Part shown: positions 30,468 to 40,707 of the stretch, one piece after another
Position numbering within the stretch: the stretch's first letter is position 1
Layout: each line of letters opens with the position of its first letter
Source of the DNA: Candidatus Thorarchaeota archaeon
Lineage (GTDB): Archaea > Asgardarchaeota > Thorarchaeia > Thorarchaeales > Thorarchaeaceae
NCBI GenBank assembly: GCA_019057475.1
Contig: DXJO01000052.1
Span: 1-64,000, forward strand
Direction of reading: 5' to 3'
DNA length: 64,000 nt
The notes under the pieces: generated by a model
Seen by the model: the letters and a program-made list of their open reading frames with translations, nothing else
Databases searched by the model: none
What the model was told of the DNA's origin: nothing
Translations under genes and position numbers: made by a program

Positions 30468-32489
30468 CTACTTTCGGGTGACTATTTCACCTTCTCCCGC
30501 AGGCAGAACCCGCATCATGTCCTCCTGCGGTATCTGTTCAATAGTGCGTTTCATCTCTTCAGGTACAATTCCAGCAAGATGCTTGAGAATCTTCTTCACC
30601 AGCTGCCCCTTCTTTGTCTTTCCTGGCGCTACTCGAACGAAGAACTCTGTATTCGCCTCTACTGCTGATGGCGGCCCGGAGATGGGGATTACATCCTCTT
30701 CCTCGAATATCACTCCCACTGCGAGTTCCACAGGTACTCTTCGAACGTAATTCTTTGAGCCATAGAGCATAACTCCGCCAGCTGGGAGATACTCTCCGGA
30801 GGGTGGTGAGAAGCTCACTTGTTCCGGGTTCACCCAGAATGCATCCCCACCTGAGAGGCCATCCTGCCAGGCTCTTGAGAAAGTCACAGAGAATTGTGCC
30901 GCCTCTTTGATGGTCTGATCCCCTGGCGCAGTGTCCGGGACTTTGATCACTACATAAGGTGCACCGTGAATCGCTGCATGAAGGAATACATCATTGGCAC
31001 CCATCTGTCGTTTTGCCAAGTGTTCGTTGCTTTTTGCGTCACGACCCCCCAGGACGAGAAAACCCTCCGACGAAGTAAACCACCTGAACTTCTCATACCA
31101 GTGTTTCTTCCGAATCTTCACCTTGATTCTCTGGCTTGCAGGTTTGATGTCGGTGGCCACGAGATCGTCAAGTCGTGCTCGAGTCTTAGATATTTGTTTC
31201 TCAGCCCCTTTGGCCTTTGAGAGTGCTTTCTTTGCTTGATTGTAAGCGAGAGCTGCATTATCCTGTGCATTTTGTCTGATATCTAAGACAACCTTAGTAC
31301 CGTCCAGACATACAATAATCTGACCTCGAGATGGAATGATTTTCTCAATTAGTAGCGCTGATGGATTACCCTGCTTCCTACCATCTTCAATCCTCTGGAC
31401 AATTTCATCCCACGAGAAACCTCCGGCACGAGCCCCTGAAACGGTGTCAAGCACATCCTGCATGGTCTGGAAATGATTGTATATCAGCTCTCCCGTTGCC
31501 TTTAGTGTTTCAGACTTAGTTACCAGTGCTTCAATGCTCTCATGCTGTTTATCGATTATCTTCTGTAGCCTCTGACGCTCCCTTGACATGGCGTCTTGCT
31601 GAGCATCCAGCTCTTCCGTTGACTCTGGTACTCCGAAGAACTCATCGATGGCCTGGCTGAATGTGTCAAATGTTTCAACGTTTTCTTCGCCGTATACTTC
31701 AAATTCGAAGGGAAGAAACGCAATAGACTCTGGCTCTTCTTCCTCTTCATCAGGTTCAGCATATACAACCCGCGGCTCTTTCACTCCCTCTTTGAGTTTC
31801 TCAGTGAAACGTTGGAGACCCGAGTTCATGTCTTTGAGTGCTTGAGAATCGAGTTCGGATACCTTGGTCGTTGGCATTACACCTGCTAGGGCACATATCT
31901 CCTCACAGCTCAGAGAGTTCAGATTCAGCCTGCTTGCTAAAGTTCTGACTACGTTGGCCTTCGACTCGGATAAGATGCTCTCCAAGGAATTCTCCTCAAG
32001 GGCAAAAACATCAACTCCTCTTGGGGGTGGAAACTCGTATTTCGCCTTCGGAATCACATTGCGGTCTCGCATCCTTCGATAACGACGCGCAACGAAGATG
32101 ATGTCCTCGGGATCCAGTAGCAATAGGTTTCCGTTCCCGAATAGCTCAGCAACCAGCTTGTAGGAGCTCTCCTCGTCGCCCACCTCAATCACAACAATTC
32201 GATCCAGTTCGTGCTGGCTGATTGAGATAATTCTCTTCTCGCGCAGGTACTTCCTGAGGACACTACAGAATTTAGACGGTATCCTGGGTGCCACTCGCCT
32301 GTATTCCGTGATGTGGAAACGGCGTCCTGGCTCAATTAGGAGCTGGCTTGTTCCACCTCCTGGTTGATAGAGCTTAAGGACGAAGACATCGCCATACTGG
32401 TAGATATTCTTGATGAAAGACCCAGCTGAAGACGCTCCCACTTCCTGCAGGATGAGTCGTATGTCGATGTTACTCATTGCTTCCTTCAT
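30468..32489 (-). CDS. rqcH: Ribosome rescue protein RqcH (NFACT/NEMF family)
   Basis: ELFGNGN, WYEKFRWF, GGRDAKSNE, PSGEYL. Confidence 0.93.
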   Translation of the reverse strand: MKEAMSNIDIRLILQEVGASSAGSFIKNIYQYGDVFVLKLYQPGGGTSQLLIEPGRRFHITEYRRVAPRIPSKFCSVLRKYLREKRIISISQHELDRIVVIEVGDEESSYKLVAELFGNGNLLLLDPEDIIFVARRYRRMRDRNVIPKAKYEFPPPRGVDVFALEENSLESILSESKANVVRTLASRLNLNSLSCEEICALAGVMPTTKVSELDSQALKDMNSGLQRFTEKLKEGVKEPRVVYAEPDEEEEEPESIAFLPFEFEVYGEENVETFDTFSQAIDEFFGVPESTEELDAQQDAMSRERQRLQKIIDKQHESIEALVTKSETLKATGELIYNHFQTMQDVLDTVSGARAGGFSWDEIVQRIEDGRKQGNPSALLIEKIIPSRGQIIVCLDGTKVVLDIRQNAQDNAALAYNQAKKALSKAKGAEKQISKTRARLDDLVATDIKPASQRIKVKIRKKHWYEKFRWFTSSEGFLVLGGRDAKSNEHLAKRQMGANDVFLHAAIHGAPYVVIKVPDTAPGDQTIKEAAQFSVTFSRAWQDGLSGGDAFWVNPEQVSFSPPSGEYLPAGGVMLYGSKNYVRRVPVELAVGVIFEEEDVIPISGPPSAVEANTEFFVRVAPGKTKKGQLVKKILKHLAGIVPEEMKRTIEQIPQEDMMRVLPAGEGEIVTRK

Positions 32490-32564
32490 TATGGCTTCTC
32501 CAACTGAACGATATTGTTATAACGTAGTCGATTAACGGGCCACTAACTGGTCCGGTGATAGATT

Positions 32565-32891
32565 ATGGAGCTGGGTTTTCTGCAGAGCTTCTTCAAACAA
32601 GTATATGGTCGATGGGAGCGGGTTCCCAACGATCAGAACTACTATGTCAAGATATCTTTCGCAATCATGACCGCCATAATCTGCGGCGTCGGTGGCAGCT
32701 TCTTCGCCGGAATTCGCGGTCTCATGTTTGGTCTTCTTGTTTATGTGGTGACCCTCTATGTACTGGTCTACCTCATAGAAATTGATGTTAAAGCACTAGG
32801 GGGCCGCCAGAAGCTGATAACGAACGCCCTTCCGTCCTACCTGCTACTCTGGGTGCTGTTCTGGACCCTTCTCTATGCGTTTACACTGTAG
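32565..32891 (+). CDS. EMC6/RAB5IF(OPTI)-like 3-TM protein
   Basis: Three TM segments with ID..xGG and terminal LLWVLFWTLLY pattern resembling the Rab5ip family. Confidence 0.7.
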   Translation: MELGFLQSFFKQVYGRWERVPNDQNYYVKISFAIMTAIICGVGGSFFAGIRGLMFGLLVYVVTLYVLVYLIEIDVKALGGRQKLITNALPSYLLLWVLFWTLLYAFTL

Positions 32892-32932
32892 TCACGGTCA
32901 TGTGGCCATGTCTGCCCATCCAAGGCTGAGAT

Positions 32933-33457
32933 CTAGCCGACGAACAGAATCTGTGAGATGAAGGGCATCATCTGAACGACCATGTATCCAACAAGAAGCA
33001 GGGGTATGAGCGGGATTACTCTTTCTTCTGAGTTAGTTCTACCTGAGCGCCGACGAATCTGCCAGTAGAGATACCCCACGAATACCATCACAAGAATTTC
33101 AATTGCACCTATCATGACGCCCTCGTAGATTTGATTCTCCCAGTGGGCGTAGACCACTCCAGGGCTTGTTAGGGCGAGTACTAAAAGGGCCTTCACATCC
33201 GCACCACCAAGAGCACCCAGTCTGAATAGCACGTAGGACAGGGCCAGGACAAATGAGAGTGTCGAGAGGTACAGAACGGGAAGACTGAAGATCTGCCCAG
33301 TCAGGATTGACACTACACACCCGACTAGTCCCCCCGCAGAAAGAACACCATTGGACACCTTTCTATCCCTAACATCAAGAAAGCTGAACACTACAAGGAG
33401 TATCATCGCAGTAGCAAAGGAAATGGTAGGAACCATGAGTAGAGTGTCTAGCTGCAT
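32933..33457 (-). CDS. A24 family prepilin/prearchaellin peptidase
   Basis: SFLDVRDR, LGGADVK, IPLIP. Confidence 0.85.
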   Translation of the reverse strand: MQLDTLLMVPTISFATAMILLVVFSFLDVRDRKVSNGVLSAGGLVGCVVSILTGQIFSLPVLYLSTLSFVLALSYVLFRLGALGGADVKALLVLALTSPGVVYAHWENQIYEGVMIGAIEILVMVFVGYLYWQIRRRSGRTNSEERVIPLIPLLLVGYMVVQMMPFISQILFVG

Positions 33458-33608
33458 TCTGTTGCAATCACCTGTTGTACAAGTCTTGAATACTCACCGT
33501 TTCTTATAGTCCTCACTCATGTTTCATCGGAGTTCATAGTAACATAGATTAAGCCGCATATGGGGTCGCATATTCATCCCGCTGTAAAACCATTGTTCAG
33601 AAGCTGAT

Positions 33609-34499
33609 ATGATGAATGACCCAAGTCAAGTTATCCACGATACAACAGTCCGTCTTTTGAGAAAGGCAGCAACTGTGTTGCCTAAGGAGATTGAAGAAGC
33701 ACTGAAAGCGGCTCATGCGCGTGAAACCGATGAAACCGCGAAAACTCAGTTTTCCGCCATTCTGACGAATATCGAACTGGCAGCCACTGGCGTGCCCATG
33801 TGTCAGGATACAGGCATCATGATATTCTATGTTGAGGTCGGTGATAAGTTCCCATTCCTTGGAGAGATCAAAGAATCTCTTGCGAAGGCAACTCGAAAAG
33901 CCACTGCTGACACTCCGCTCCGGCCAAATGCAGTTAATCCGATTGTTGGCGGGAACTCAGGCGATAACACTGGGAAGAAGATACCATGGATAAACTGGGA
34001 GATTGTATCTGGTGATTCATTGGAGATCACTGTATTCCCAAAGGGTGGTGGCAGCGAGAATGTCTGCATACTTGGCATGTTGAAACCTGGTGTCGGGCTA
34101 ACTGGTGTCAAGAAGCTTGTGGTTGACAACGCAATCTCATACATGGGTAAGGCATGCGCACCCAACATAATCGGAGTGGGAATTGGCGGTGGCTCTGATA
34201 TCGCCCTCAAGATTGCAAAACAGCAGTTGCTCCGGCCGCTCAATGACAAGCATCCAGAGCCCGAGGTGGCAAAGATCGAAGCTGAGATCATGGAGGCCGT
34301 CAACGCTACCGGAATCGGACCCATGGGTCTTGGCGGCAAGACAACTGTCCTCGGTGTCAAAGTAGACTATGCAATGAGGCATCCGGCTAGTCTCCCCGTT
34401 GGGGTGGCCATACAATGTTGGGCCGCACGAAAGAGCACTGCAATCATATCAAAGGATCTTGACGTGAAATACTTGACGCATCCAATGGAGGGTAAGTGA
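33609..34499 (+). CDS. Fe-S fumarate hydratase class I, alpha subunit
   Basis: PMCQDTG, PKGGGSEN, GIGPMGLGG. Confidence 0.93.
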   Translation: MMNDPSQVIHDTTVRLLRKAATVLPKEIEEALKAAHARETDETAKTQFSAILTNIELAATGVPMCQDTGIMIFYVEVGDKFPFLGEIKESLAKATRKATADTPLRPNAVNPIVGGNSGDNTGKKIPWINWEIVSGDSLEITVFPKGGGSENVCILGMLKPGVGLTGVKKLVVDNAISYMGKACAPNIIGVGIGGGSDIALKIAKQQLLRPLNDKHPEPEVAKIEAEIMEAVNATGIGPMGLGGKTTVLGVKVDYAMRHPASLPVGVAIQCWAARKSTAIISKDLDVKYLTHPMEGK

Positions 34500-34500
34500 A

Positions 34501-35109
34501 ATGACTGAATATCATCTAACGACACCAATCTCTGAAGAAGACGCCCGAAAGTTGAAGGTTGGAGATATTGTCTACGTCACCGGAGAACACGTCTATACTG
34601 CCAGGGATGAGGCACATGAGCGAGCTCTGGAGATGTACGAGAAGGGCGAGAAACCGCCCGTGGACTTTGAGGGCAGCGTTGTATACCACGTCGGTCCGGT
34701 GGCATGGCAGAAGGACGGCAAGTGGGAAATAGTTTCTGCAGGTCCCACCACAAGCATCAGGATGGAGCTCTTTGAAGATGAGTTCTTGCGGAAGTACAAG
34801 GCCAGAATCATAATCGGCAAGGGGGGAATGGGCGCCAAGACACTCGATGCATTGAAGGAGGTCGGCGCTGTCTATTGCAGCTTCACAGGAGGTTGCGGCG
34901 CACTCGCTGCCAAGGGTCTCAAGGAGGTTCGCGCATACCTCTGGGATGACTTAGGAATGCCTGAAGCATTGTGGGTTATTACTGCAGAAGAATTCGGTCC
35001 CCTACTTGTGACGATGGACTCACATAGCAAGAGTCTTCATGACGATATGGATGAAAAGGTCGCGGCTCGAAAGGCTGATGTCTACGCAAAAATTGGCATT
35101 AAAGAGTAA
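34501..35109 (+). CDS. Fe-S fumarate hydratase class I, beta subunit
   Basis: TARDEAH, GPTTSIRM, GKGGM, LGMPEA. Confidence 0.93.
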   Translation: MTEYHLTTPISEEDARKLKVGDIVYVTGEHVYTARDEAHERALEMYEKGEKPPVDFEGSVVYHVGPVAWQKDGKWEIVSAGPTTSIRMELFEDEFLRKYKARIIIGKGGMGAKTLDALKEVGAVYCSFTGGCGALAAKGLKEVRAYLWDDLGMPEALWVITAEEFGPLLVTMDSHSKSLHDDMDEKVAARKADVYAKIGIKE

Positions 35110-35296
35110 TTCTTCAAGGAATGGCTATTGCGAGAAATTAAATGGCAGAGGTCAGAGTTCTGATAGCTCAGGCCACTGGCCGCTCCATGGTTCCGCCGAG
35201 GAGCAACCCGACTCAACCCCAACAGTAAGTCTTAAACGAGGGCCTGTTCCCGCCCTCGGGAAGGAACGGAGAGAAATCTCCATCGGAGGACTTCAG

Positions 35297-36994
35297 TTGG
35301 ACGAACTGCCCTACAAGACGATTCTTTGTGACGTTCTCGTTGTCGGCGCTGGCGGAGCAGGATGCCGGGCTGCAATCGAGGCATCCAGGCTCAACCTGGA
35401 CGTGATAATGCTGAGCAAGGAGCTCATCGGCAAAGCCCACACATCCATGGCTGAAGGCGGCTACAATGTTTCGCTGGGAAATGTGGACCCCGACGATGAT
35501 CCTGAAACCCACTTCAAAGACACAATCGTGGGAGGCAACTACCTAAACAATCAGGAACTCGCAGAGATTCTGGTCAATGATGCCTCACAGAGAGCCTTCG
35601 ACCTTGAGGAGATGGGTGCGCTCTTTGATCGCACTCCCGAGGGTAAGATCGCCCAGAGAGTTTTCGGCAAGCAGAGTTGGCGAAGAACGGCATATGCTTC
35701 TGATAGAACCGGTTCCGAGATAATGATTACCCTAGTAGAGGGAATCAGAAAAGAATCCGTTCGTGTCTTTGATGAGATATTCGCAACGCGATTGCTGGTT
35801 CACGATGGTCGCATAGCAGGGGTCACTGCAATCGACCTGAAGTACGGTGACTATCTTGTCTTTCGCGCTCAGGCAGTGGTGATGGCCACAGGCGGCGCAG
35901 GCCGAATCTTCACAGTCACCAGTAACGCACAACTGGATGTTGGTGATGGATATGCCATGGCTTTCGAAGCCGGATGCGATATTATTGACATGGAGATGAT
36001 TCAGTTCCATCCAACCGGGATGGTAGCCCCTGAATCAGCCAAGGGACGGCTGGTAACCGAAGCAGTCAGGGGTGAGGGTGGAATCCTGCTCAACAACAAA
36101 GGCGAGCGTTTCATGAACAACTACTACCCGGAAGTCATGGAGCTTGCAGGGCGTGACCAAGTTGCACGATCCATCATGACTGAGGTACTCGCAGGCAGAG
36201 GCTCTCCAGATGGAGGAGTCTACCTGAGCATCTCTCATCTTCCAAAGCGCATTGTCGAGTTCCGACTTGAGAGCATGATTGAGCAGTTTGAGGATGCTGG
36301 GGTTGACATTAGAGACGAGCCCATGCAGGTATCTCCAACTGCACATCACTTCATGGGTGGACTCAAGATTGACACCAATGCCCAGACAACGATTCCTGGT
36401 CTCTTTTCCGCTGGTGAGTGCACTGGCGGAATCCACGGCGGAAACAGACTCGGCGGCAATGCTCTGGCAGGCACACAGGTCTTTGGAGCGCTTGCAGGTG
36501 GAAACGCTGCGCGCTTCGCCAAGGAGCATGAGCGCACAGGCGTAGATCGCAAGGAGATTCAGAAGGAGTTCAACCGTCTTGAGGCGATGCTCAAGCGCAA
36601 GGAAGGAATCTCCCCCTCGGTGGCACGAAAAGAGCTCACTGACCTGATGTGGTCAAAGGTCCAAATCTTTCGCAAGGAAGAAGATATGGCCTATGCAGTA
36701 AAGGAACTGAAGCGGATTGAGAAGGAAGTTGTTCCCAACATCAAGGTTGACATGCCAATCAAGCGCTTCAATCCTGGCTGGCACCAAGCAATCGAGTTTG
36801 AACACATGGTCACCACTGCAAGAATGGTTGCTGAGGCGGCATTCATGAGAAAGGGCAGCAGGGGTGCACACTATCGAGTTGATGGTGACCCCAATGATGA
36901 TGGTTATTACAACATCGTGATTCGCAAGGGTCCGAAAGGCAAGATGAAGCTGCAGAAGGAAGACCTAGTGATCACAAAGATTGCACCACCTTGA
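35297..36994 (+). CDS. tfrA: Thiol:fumarate reductase flavoprotein subunit
   Basis: GAGGAG, AHTSMAEGG, QFHPT, HGGNRLGGNAL; TTG start after GGAGGA. Confidence 0.88.
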   Translation: MDELPYKTILCDVLVVGAGGAGCRAAIEASRLNLDVIMLSKELIGKAHTSMAEGGYNVSLGNVDPDDDPETHFKDTIVGGNYLNNQELAEILVNDASQRAFDLEEMGALFDRTPEGKIAQRVFGKQSWRRTAYASDRTGSEIMITLVEGIRKESVRVFDEIFATRLLVHDGRIAGVTAIDLKYGDYLVFRAQAVVMATGGAGRIFTVTSNAQLDVGDGYAMAFEAGCDIIDMEMIQFHPTGMVAPESAKGRLVTEAVRGEGGILLNNKGERFMNNYYPEVMELAGRDQVARSIMTEVLAGRGSPDGGVYLSISHLPKRIVEFRLESMIEQFEDAGVDIRDEPMQVSPTAHHFMGGLKIDTNAQTTIPGLFSAGECTGGIHGGNRLGGNALAGTQVFGALAGGNAARFAKEHERTGVDRKEIQKEFNRLEAMLKRKEGISPSVARKELTDLMWSKVQIFRKEEDMAYAVKELKRIEKEVVPNIKVDMPIKRFNPGWHQAIEFEHMVTTARMVAEAAFMRKGSRGAHYRVDGDPNDDGYYNIVIRKGPKGKMKLQKEDLVITKIAPP

Positions 36995-38610
36995 TGGAGA
37001 TGAAAGCGATGACAAAGAAATTCAAAGCTAGCATTGAGAGATACAACCCCGACACTGATGATGCACCATACTTCGAAGACTTCGAGGTGGAGTACGAGCC
37101 TGGAATGACAGTGTTGGACGCATTACTCTATGTACAGGACAAGTATGATTCTAGCCTTGCCTTCCGCTGGGAGTGCAGAGGTGGCCAGTGTGGATCCTGC
37201 GCAGTCAGGGTGAACACTATCGCTAGGATTGCATGCCGGACCAAGGTAGACCCCGATGCGGATCTAATCCTGCAGCCCATGCAGAAGATGCCCGTCATCA
37301 AGGATCTTGTTGTAGACATGACCCAGACGGAGGCCCGGATTAGACGAATCCGTCCATACGTTGCTCGTGATAAGCCACCGGAGAGACCCGAGATAATTCA
37401 TTCTCAAGATATCGAGATACTACGTGAGATTCGCAAGTGCATCGAGTGCAGTGCATGCCTCTCCAACTGCCCCATCGTGCATGAAACCTGGGACTATCCG
37501 GGCCCAATGATTATTCGCCAGCTGGCCCGACTGGAACTCGATCCCCGCGATGTTGAGGACCGAGTTGCGATGGCGATGGATGAGGCCGTGTACAGCTGTA
37601 CTACTTGCAAACTATGTGAGGACATTTGTCCGAAAAGCATCAAGATTCCGAAGTTAGCTGTTGAGCTGCTCAGAGCCAAGGCTGTGGAAGCAGGTTACCC
37701 ACTGTTGGAGGGCCAACGGATATTCGTGGACTCGATGAAAGAAACTGGTCGTTCAGTGCCTGAGAAAAAAACACCGCTTCTCAAGAATCTTGAGACTGAG
37801 GAATTCCTCGTTGAGAATCCAGTTGGCAGAGTTGCCTTCTTCACGGGATGCCTGATTGACTACAGGATGCAGAGTACTGGCAAGGCACTGATTGAAGTGC
37901 TGAACCGCAACAATGTGGATGTGATAGTCCCGAAGGAGCAATGGTGCTGTGCAAGTCCTGCCTTCAGAACGGGCGACATGGAAACAGCAACAATGTGCAC
38001 AGAACGAGTCACCAAGATATTCGAGGATGCAATGGACAAGTACGACCTTGATACTGTGATCATTGCCTGTGCGGGTTGCGGTAAGACTCTACAGGAGGAC
38101 CACAGACCACTGATTGAAGAGATGCGCGGCACACCACCAAGGTTCAAGGTCTACGACATGGCCGAGTATCTGGTCGACGTAGTCGGGATGGACCGAATTG
38201 TGAAGCCTACAGGCAAGCTCGATCTCAAGGTCACCTACCACGAGCCTTGTCACCTCGGTAGGGGTCAATCAGTTGTGGATCAGCCAATCGAGCTTCTCAA
38301 ATTAATTCCGGGGGTTGAGTACATCGACGACCCGTACAAGAATCGGTGCTGCGGTGCCGGCGGCGGTTTGCGTGCTGGCCAGCGCGAACTCTCAATGAAG
38401 ATTGCCAAGACCAAGAAGGAGTACATAGAGGCAACTGGTGCTGATGTGGTCACTACTGAGTGTCCGTTCTGCACAATACAAATCAAGGATATCCTGAAGG
38501 GAACAGACATACCTTGCTTGTACATGCCTGATTTGCTGCTAGAGTCCTACAAGAAGGGCGACGAGAAGAAGGCTGAAGGAAAGACGGCTAAGGCAAAGGC
38601 TGAGGCATAG
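36991..38610 (+). CDS. tfrB: Thiol:fumarate reductase Fe-S subunit (SdhB-like plus HdrD-like CCG domains)
   Basis: CRGGQCGSC, two CxxCxxCxxxCP clusters, WCC, YHEPCH, CCGAGGG, CPFC. Confidence 0.88.
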   Translation: MMEMKAMTKKFKASIERYNPDTDDAPYFEDFEVEYEPGMTVLDALLYVQDKYDSSLAFRWECRGGQCGSCAVRVNTIARIACRTKVDPDADLILQPMQKMPVIKDLVVDMTQTEARIRRIRPYVARDKPPERPEIIHSQDIEILREIRKCIECSACLSNCPIVHETWDYPGPMIIRQLARLELDPRDVEDRVAMAMDEAVYSCTTCKLCEDICPKSIKIPKLAVELLRAKAVEAGYPLLEGQRIFVDSMKETGRSVPEKKTPLLKNLETEEFLVENPVGRVAFFTGCLIDYRMQSTGKALIEVLNRNNVDVIVPKEQWCCASPAFRTGDMETATMCTERVTKIFEDAMDKYDLDTVIIACAGCGKTLQEDHRPLIEEMRGTPPRFKVYDMAEYLVDVVGMDRIVKPTGKLDLKVTYHEPCHLGRGQSVVDQPIELLKLIPGVEYIDDPYKNRCCGAGGGLRAGQRELSMKIAKTKKEYIEATGADVVTTECPFCTIQIKDILKGTDIPCLYMPDLLLESYKKGDEKKAEGKTAKAKAEA

Positions 38611-38988
38611 TTACCTCACAGCGCCCCACTTTTCGCCCCACGTCCTTATCTCGTCCATAATCGGCTTCAAGGCCAACCCCTTCTCAGTCAGGGAGTATTC
38701 GACACGTGGCGGTATCTCTGCAAAAGCCTCTCTTTTGAGAATGCCTTCGCGACATAATTCATTGAGGCGGTCTGTAACTGTCTTTGGACTGCCTCCTATC
38801 TCCTTGACAACTTTGTTGAACCTTGCAACAGGATTGTGTACAAAGAACCTGATCATGTTCAGCGTGTATTTCTTGCCTATGAGCGACAGAATTCTTCTGT
38901 AGAAACAGTCGTCTGTACAAGGCATAGGTTGTCCGTGTGGGCATAACTCAATCTTCTGGTTTTCGACCCTTTCATTCGTCATCGTCAC
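38611..38988 (-). CDS. HxlR family transcriptional regulator
   Basis: IGKKY, EIPPRVEYSLTEKG. Confidence 0.92.
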   Translation of the reverse strand: MTMTNERVENQKIELCPHGQPMPCTDDCFYRRILSLIGKKYTLNMIRFFVHNPVARFNKVVKEIGGSPKTVTDRLNELCREGILKREAFAEIPPRVEYSLTEKGLALKPIMDEIRTWGEKWGAVR

Positions 38989-39013
38989 AACCTCAATACA
39001 TTACTTCATTGCA

Positions 39014-40012
39014 GTGAAGTTACTTCATTACTTCATACTTTCTCCTTTAAATACTTCACTTCTTCCCATAGTGCAGTACTTTCTGATAAATTCTCTGGTG
39101 GACTTTATGATTAGAAGTAAGAAACCATACGCCTTCTACATACTCGTTGGTGCTCTTGGCGTGATTGTGATGGCAGCACTCTACTGTGTGGGTAGTGTGT
39201 GCATAGATGGGCTGTCATTCGAAACGGGACTGGGAATTCTCACGATAGCGGTTGGCGCGCTGGCGTTGAGAGAACGCGGATCTGAGAGAGGAATTATTCA
39301 TCGCCTGTGTATCTTGGTGCCTCTGGGTGCAATCATTCTGTTTCCGGTGGGACAAATCATTCACTCGGGGGTTGAAGCCTTTCTGACTATTGGACTTGCT
39401 CCGCTTGCAGTCTTGACACTCTTTGCAGTTCCTCAAGTCGCTCTAGGCATAATCTTGGTTAGGAATAATGAATTCGTGTCTGGAGAAGACAGGCCGGTAC
39501 CGGGCTCCATGTTCAGGATGATGTCAATCTTTCTCAGGGTTCGTGAACCATTCAAGAAGCCTATGCAGCGGCTGCAAAAGGTTGGACTGCAGGAGGGACA
39601 GACAGTCCTAGACTATGGGTGCGGGATAGGGAGCTATGCCATTCCTGCCTCAAAGATTGTGGGGGCGAGCGGCAAGGTCTACGCTCTAGATATTCACCCA
39701 ATGGCAGTTGAACGAGTCAAGAAGAGGGCTGAGAAGATTGGTCTCTCGAATGTTCACACGATTCTCTCGAACATTGATACAAGTCTGCCAGACAATAGTG
39801 TAGATGTTATCTTGCTCTATGATGTTCTCCAAATAATCAAGAACAGAGATGGCTTGCTACAGGAGTTCCACAGAGTGCTCAAGCCGTCAGGATTCGTTTC
39901 AGTCGACTCGGACCACCTGCGACCTGAAGAAGTTCAGGATGTCTTTGCCAGTACAGGCCTGTTCTCGCAGGTTGATTGTGAGAATGGACTGCTCAAGTTC
40001 ATGAAACTATGA
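39014..40012 (+). CDS. Membrane-anchored class I SAM methyltransferase
   Basis: N-terminal TM helices, VLDYGCGIG, RVLKPSG; start probably at 39107. Confidence 0.8.
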   Translation: MKLLHYFILSPLNTSLLPIVQYFLINSLVDFMIRSKKPYAFYILVGALGVIVMAALYCVGSVCIDGLSFETGLGILTIAVGALALRERGSERGIIHRLCILVPLGAIILFPVGQIIHSGVEAFLTIGLAPLAVLTLFAVPQVALGIILVRNNEFVSGEDRPVPGSMFRMMSIFLRVREPFKKPMQRLQKVGLQEGQTVLDYGCGIGSYAIPASKIVGASGKVYALDIHPMAVERVKKRAEKIGLSNVHTILSNIDTSLPDNSVDVILLYDVLQIIKNRDGLLQEFHRVLKPSGFVSVDSDHLRPEEVQDVFASTGLFSQVDCENGLLKFMKL

Positions 40013-40538
40013 ATGACTCGTTGCAGACGCTGCAGGTGATTGTTTCTCCCTTGACTGCAATGCGTTTCATCTCTGTCCTGCAATAGGGGCATGAGGCAAT
40101 GGTCTTTGGAGCCGGTCCTGTGCCCGTGCCAAGCATGAAGTCGCCCGAGTCGTGGTCGATGCGGCCTGATAATTCACGGCCGTCTAGTAGGTCCTGAAGT
40201 ATGCGGGTGACATTGGCAGCTGACACACCAGAGTCCTGTGCGATGCGCTCTATGGGGAGTCTACGCATGTCTTGAACGACCTTTCTTACGGCAGTGACCG
40301 GGTCTGTCATGGTTTCCTTGCCGGCAATCATGGTTGGCGCTTCTGGAGCTGGTTTCAGAGTCGCTCTTGCAGTCGCAAGACCTGTCGGTTCACCACCTGC
40401 AAGCTCAAGTTTGGCTCTTAGATCCGCAACTCTTGTTTTGTAGTCGTCTTCTGATACAAGGCCACGCATGTAGTCGAGATCGAGGTCTTTGATGGCTGCT
40501 TCAATCTTCTTGGCGTCGTCATGTGGTGGTTCCGTCAT
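39999..40538 (-). CDS. SHOCT-like plus PCI-type winged helix plus zinc ribbon protein
   Basis: GLVSEDDY; IERIAQ...LQDLLDGRELSGRID; CPYC...CSVC. Confidence 0.7.
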   Translation of the reverse strand: MTEPPHDDAKKIEAAIKDLDLDYMRGLVSEDDYKTRVADLRAKLELAGGEPTGLATARATLKPAPEAPTMIAGKETMTDPVTAVRKVVQDMRRLPIERIAQDSGVSAANVTRILQDLLDGRELSGRIDHDSGDFMLGTGTGPAPKTIASCPYCRTEMKRIAVKGETITCSVCNESFIVS

Positions 40539-40707
40539 TTCAAGAGGTCTCCTAGTTCAATACTGCCAACCTGTCGTGCCATTTCAATATATGTCGAATG
40601 GAATCACTCGGATACGTTCAGGCGAAATTGATGAGATTCAGCGCACTCGAATGATCGCGGAGGGTAAATAGTATGGTCATCACATCAATATAATTGCATA
40701 CTAGGAG

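Noticed and set aside
35039-35296. 86-codon N-terminal extension of tfrA overlapping the fumarase beta gene (possible frameshift fusion)
   Set aside because: The extension is not protein-like, there is a good GGAGGA plus TTG start at 35297, and no clear slippery site lies in the overlap.
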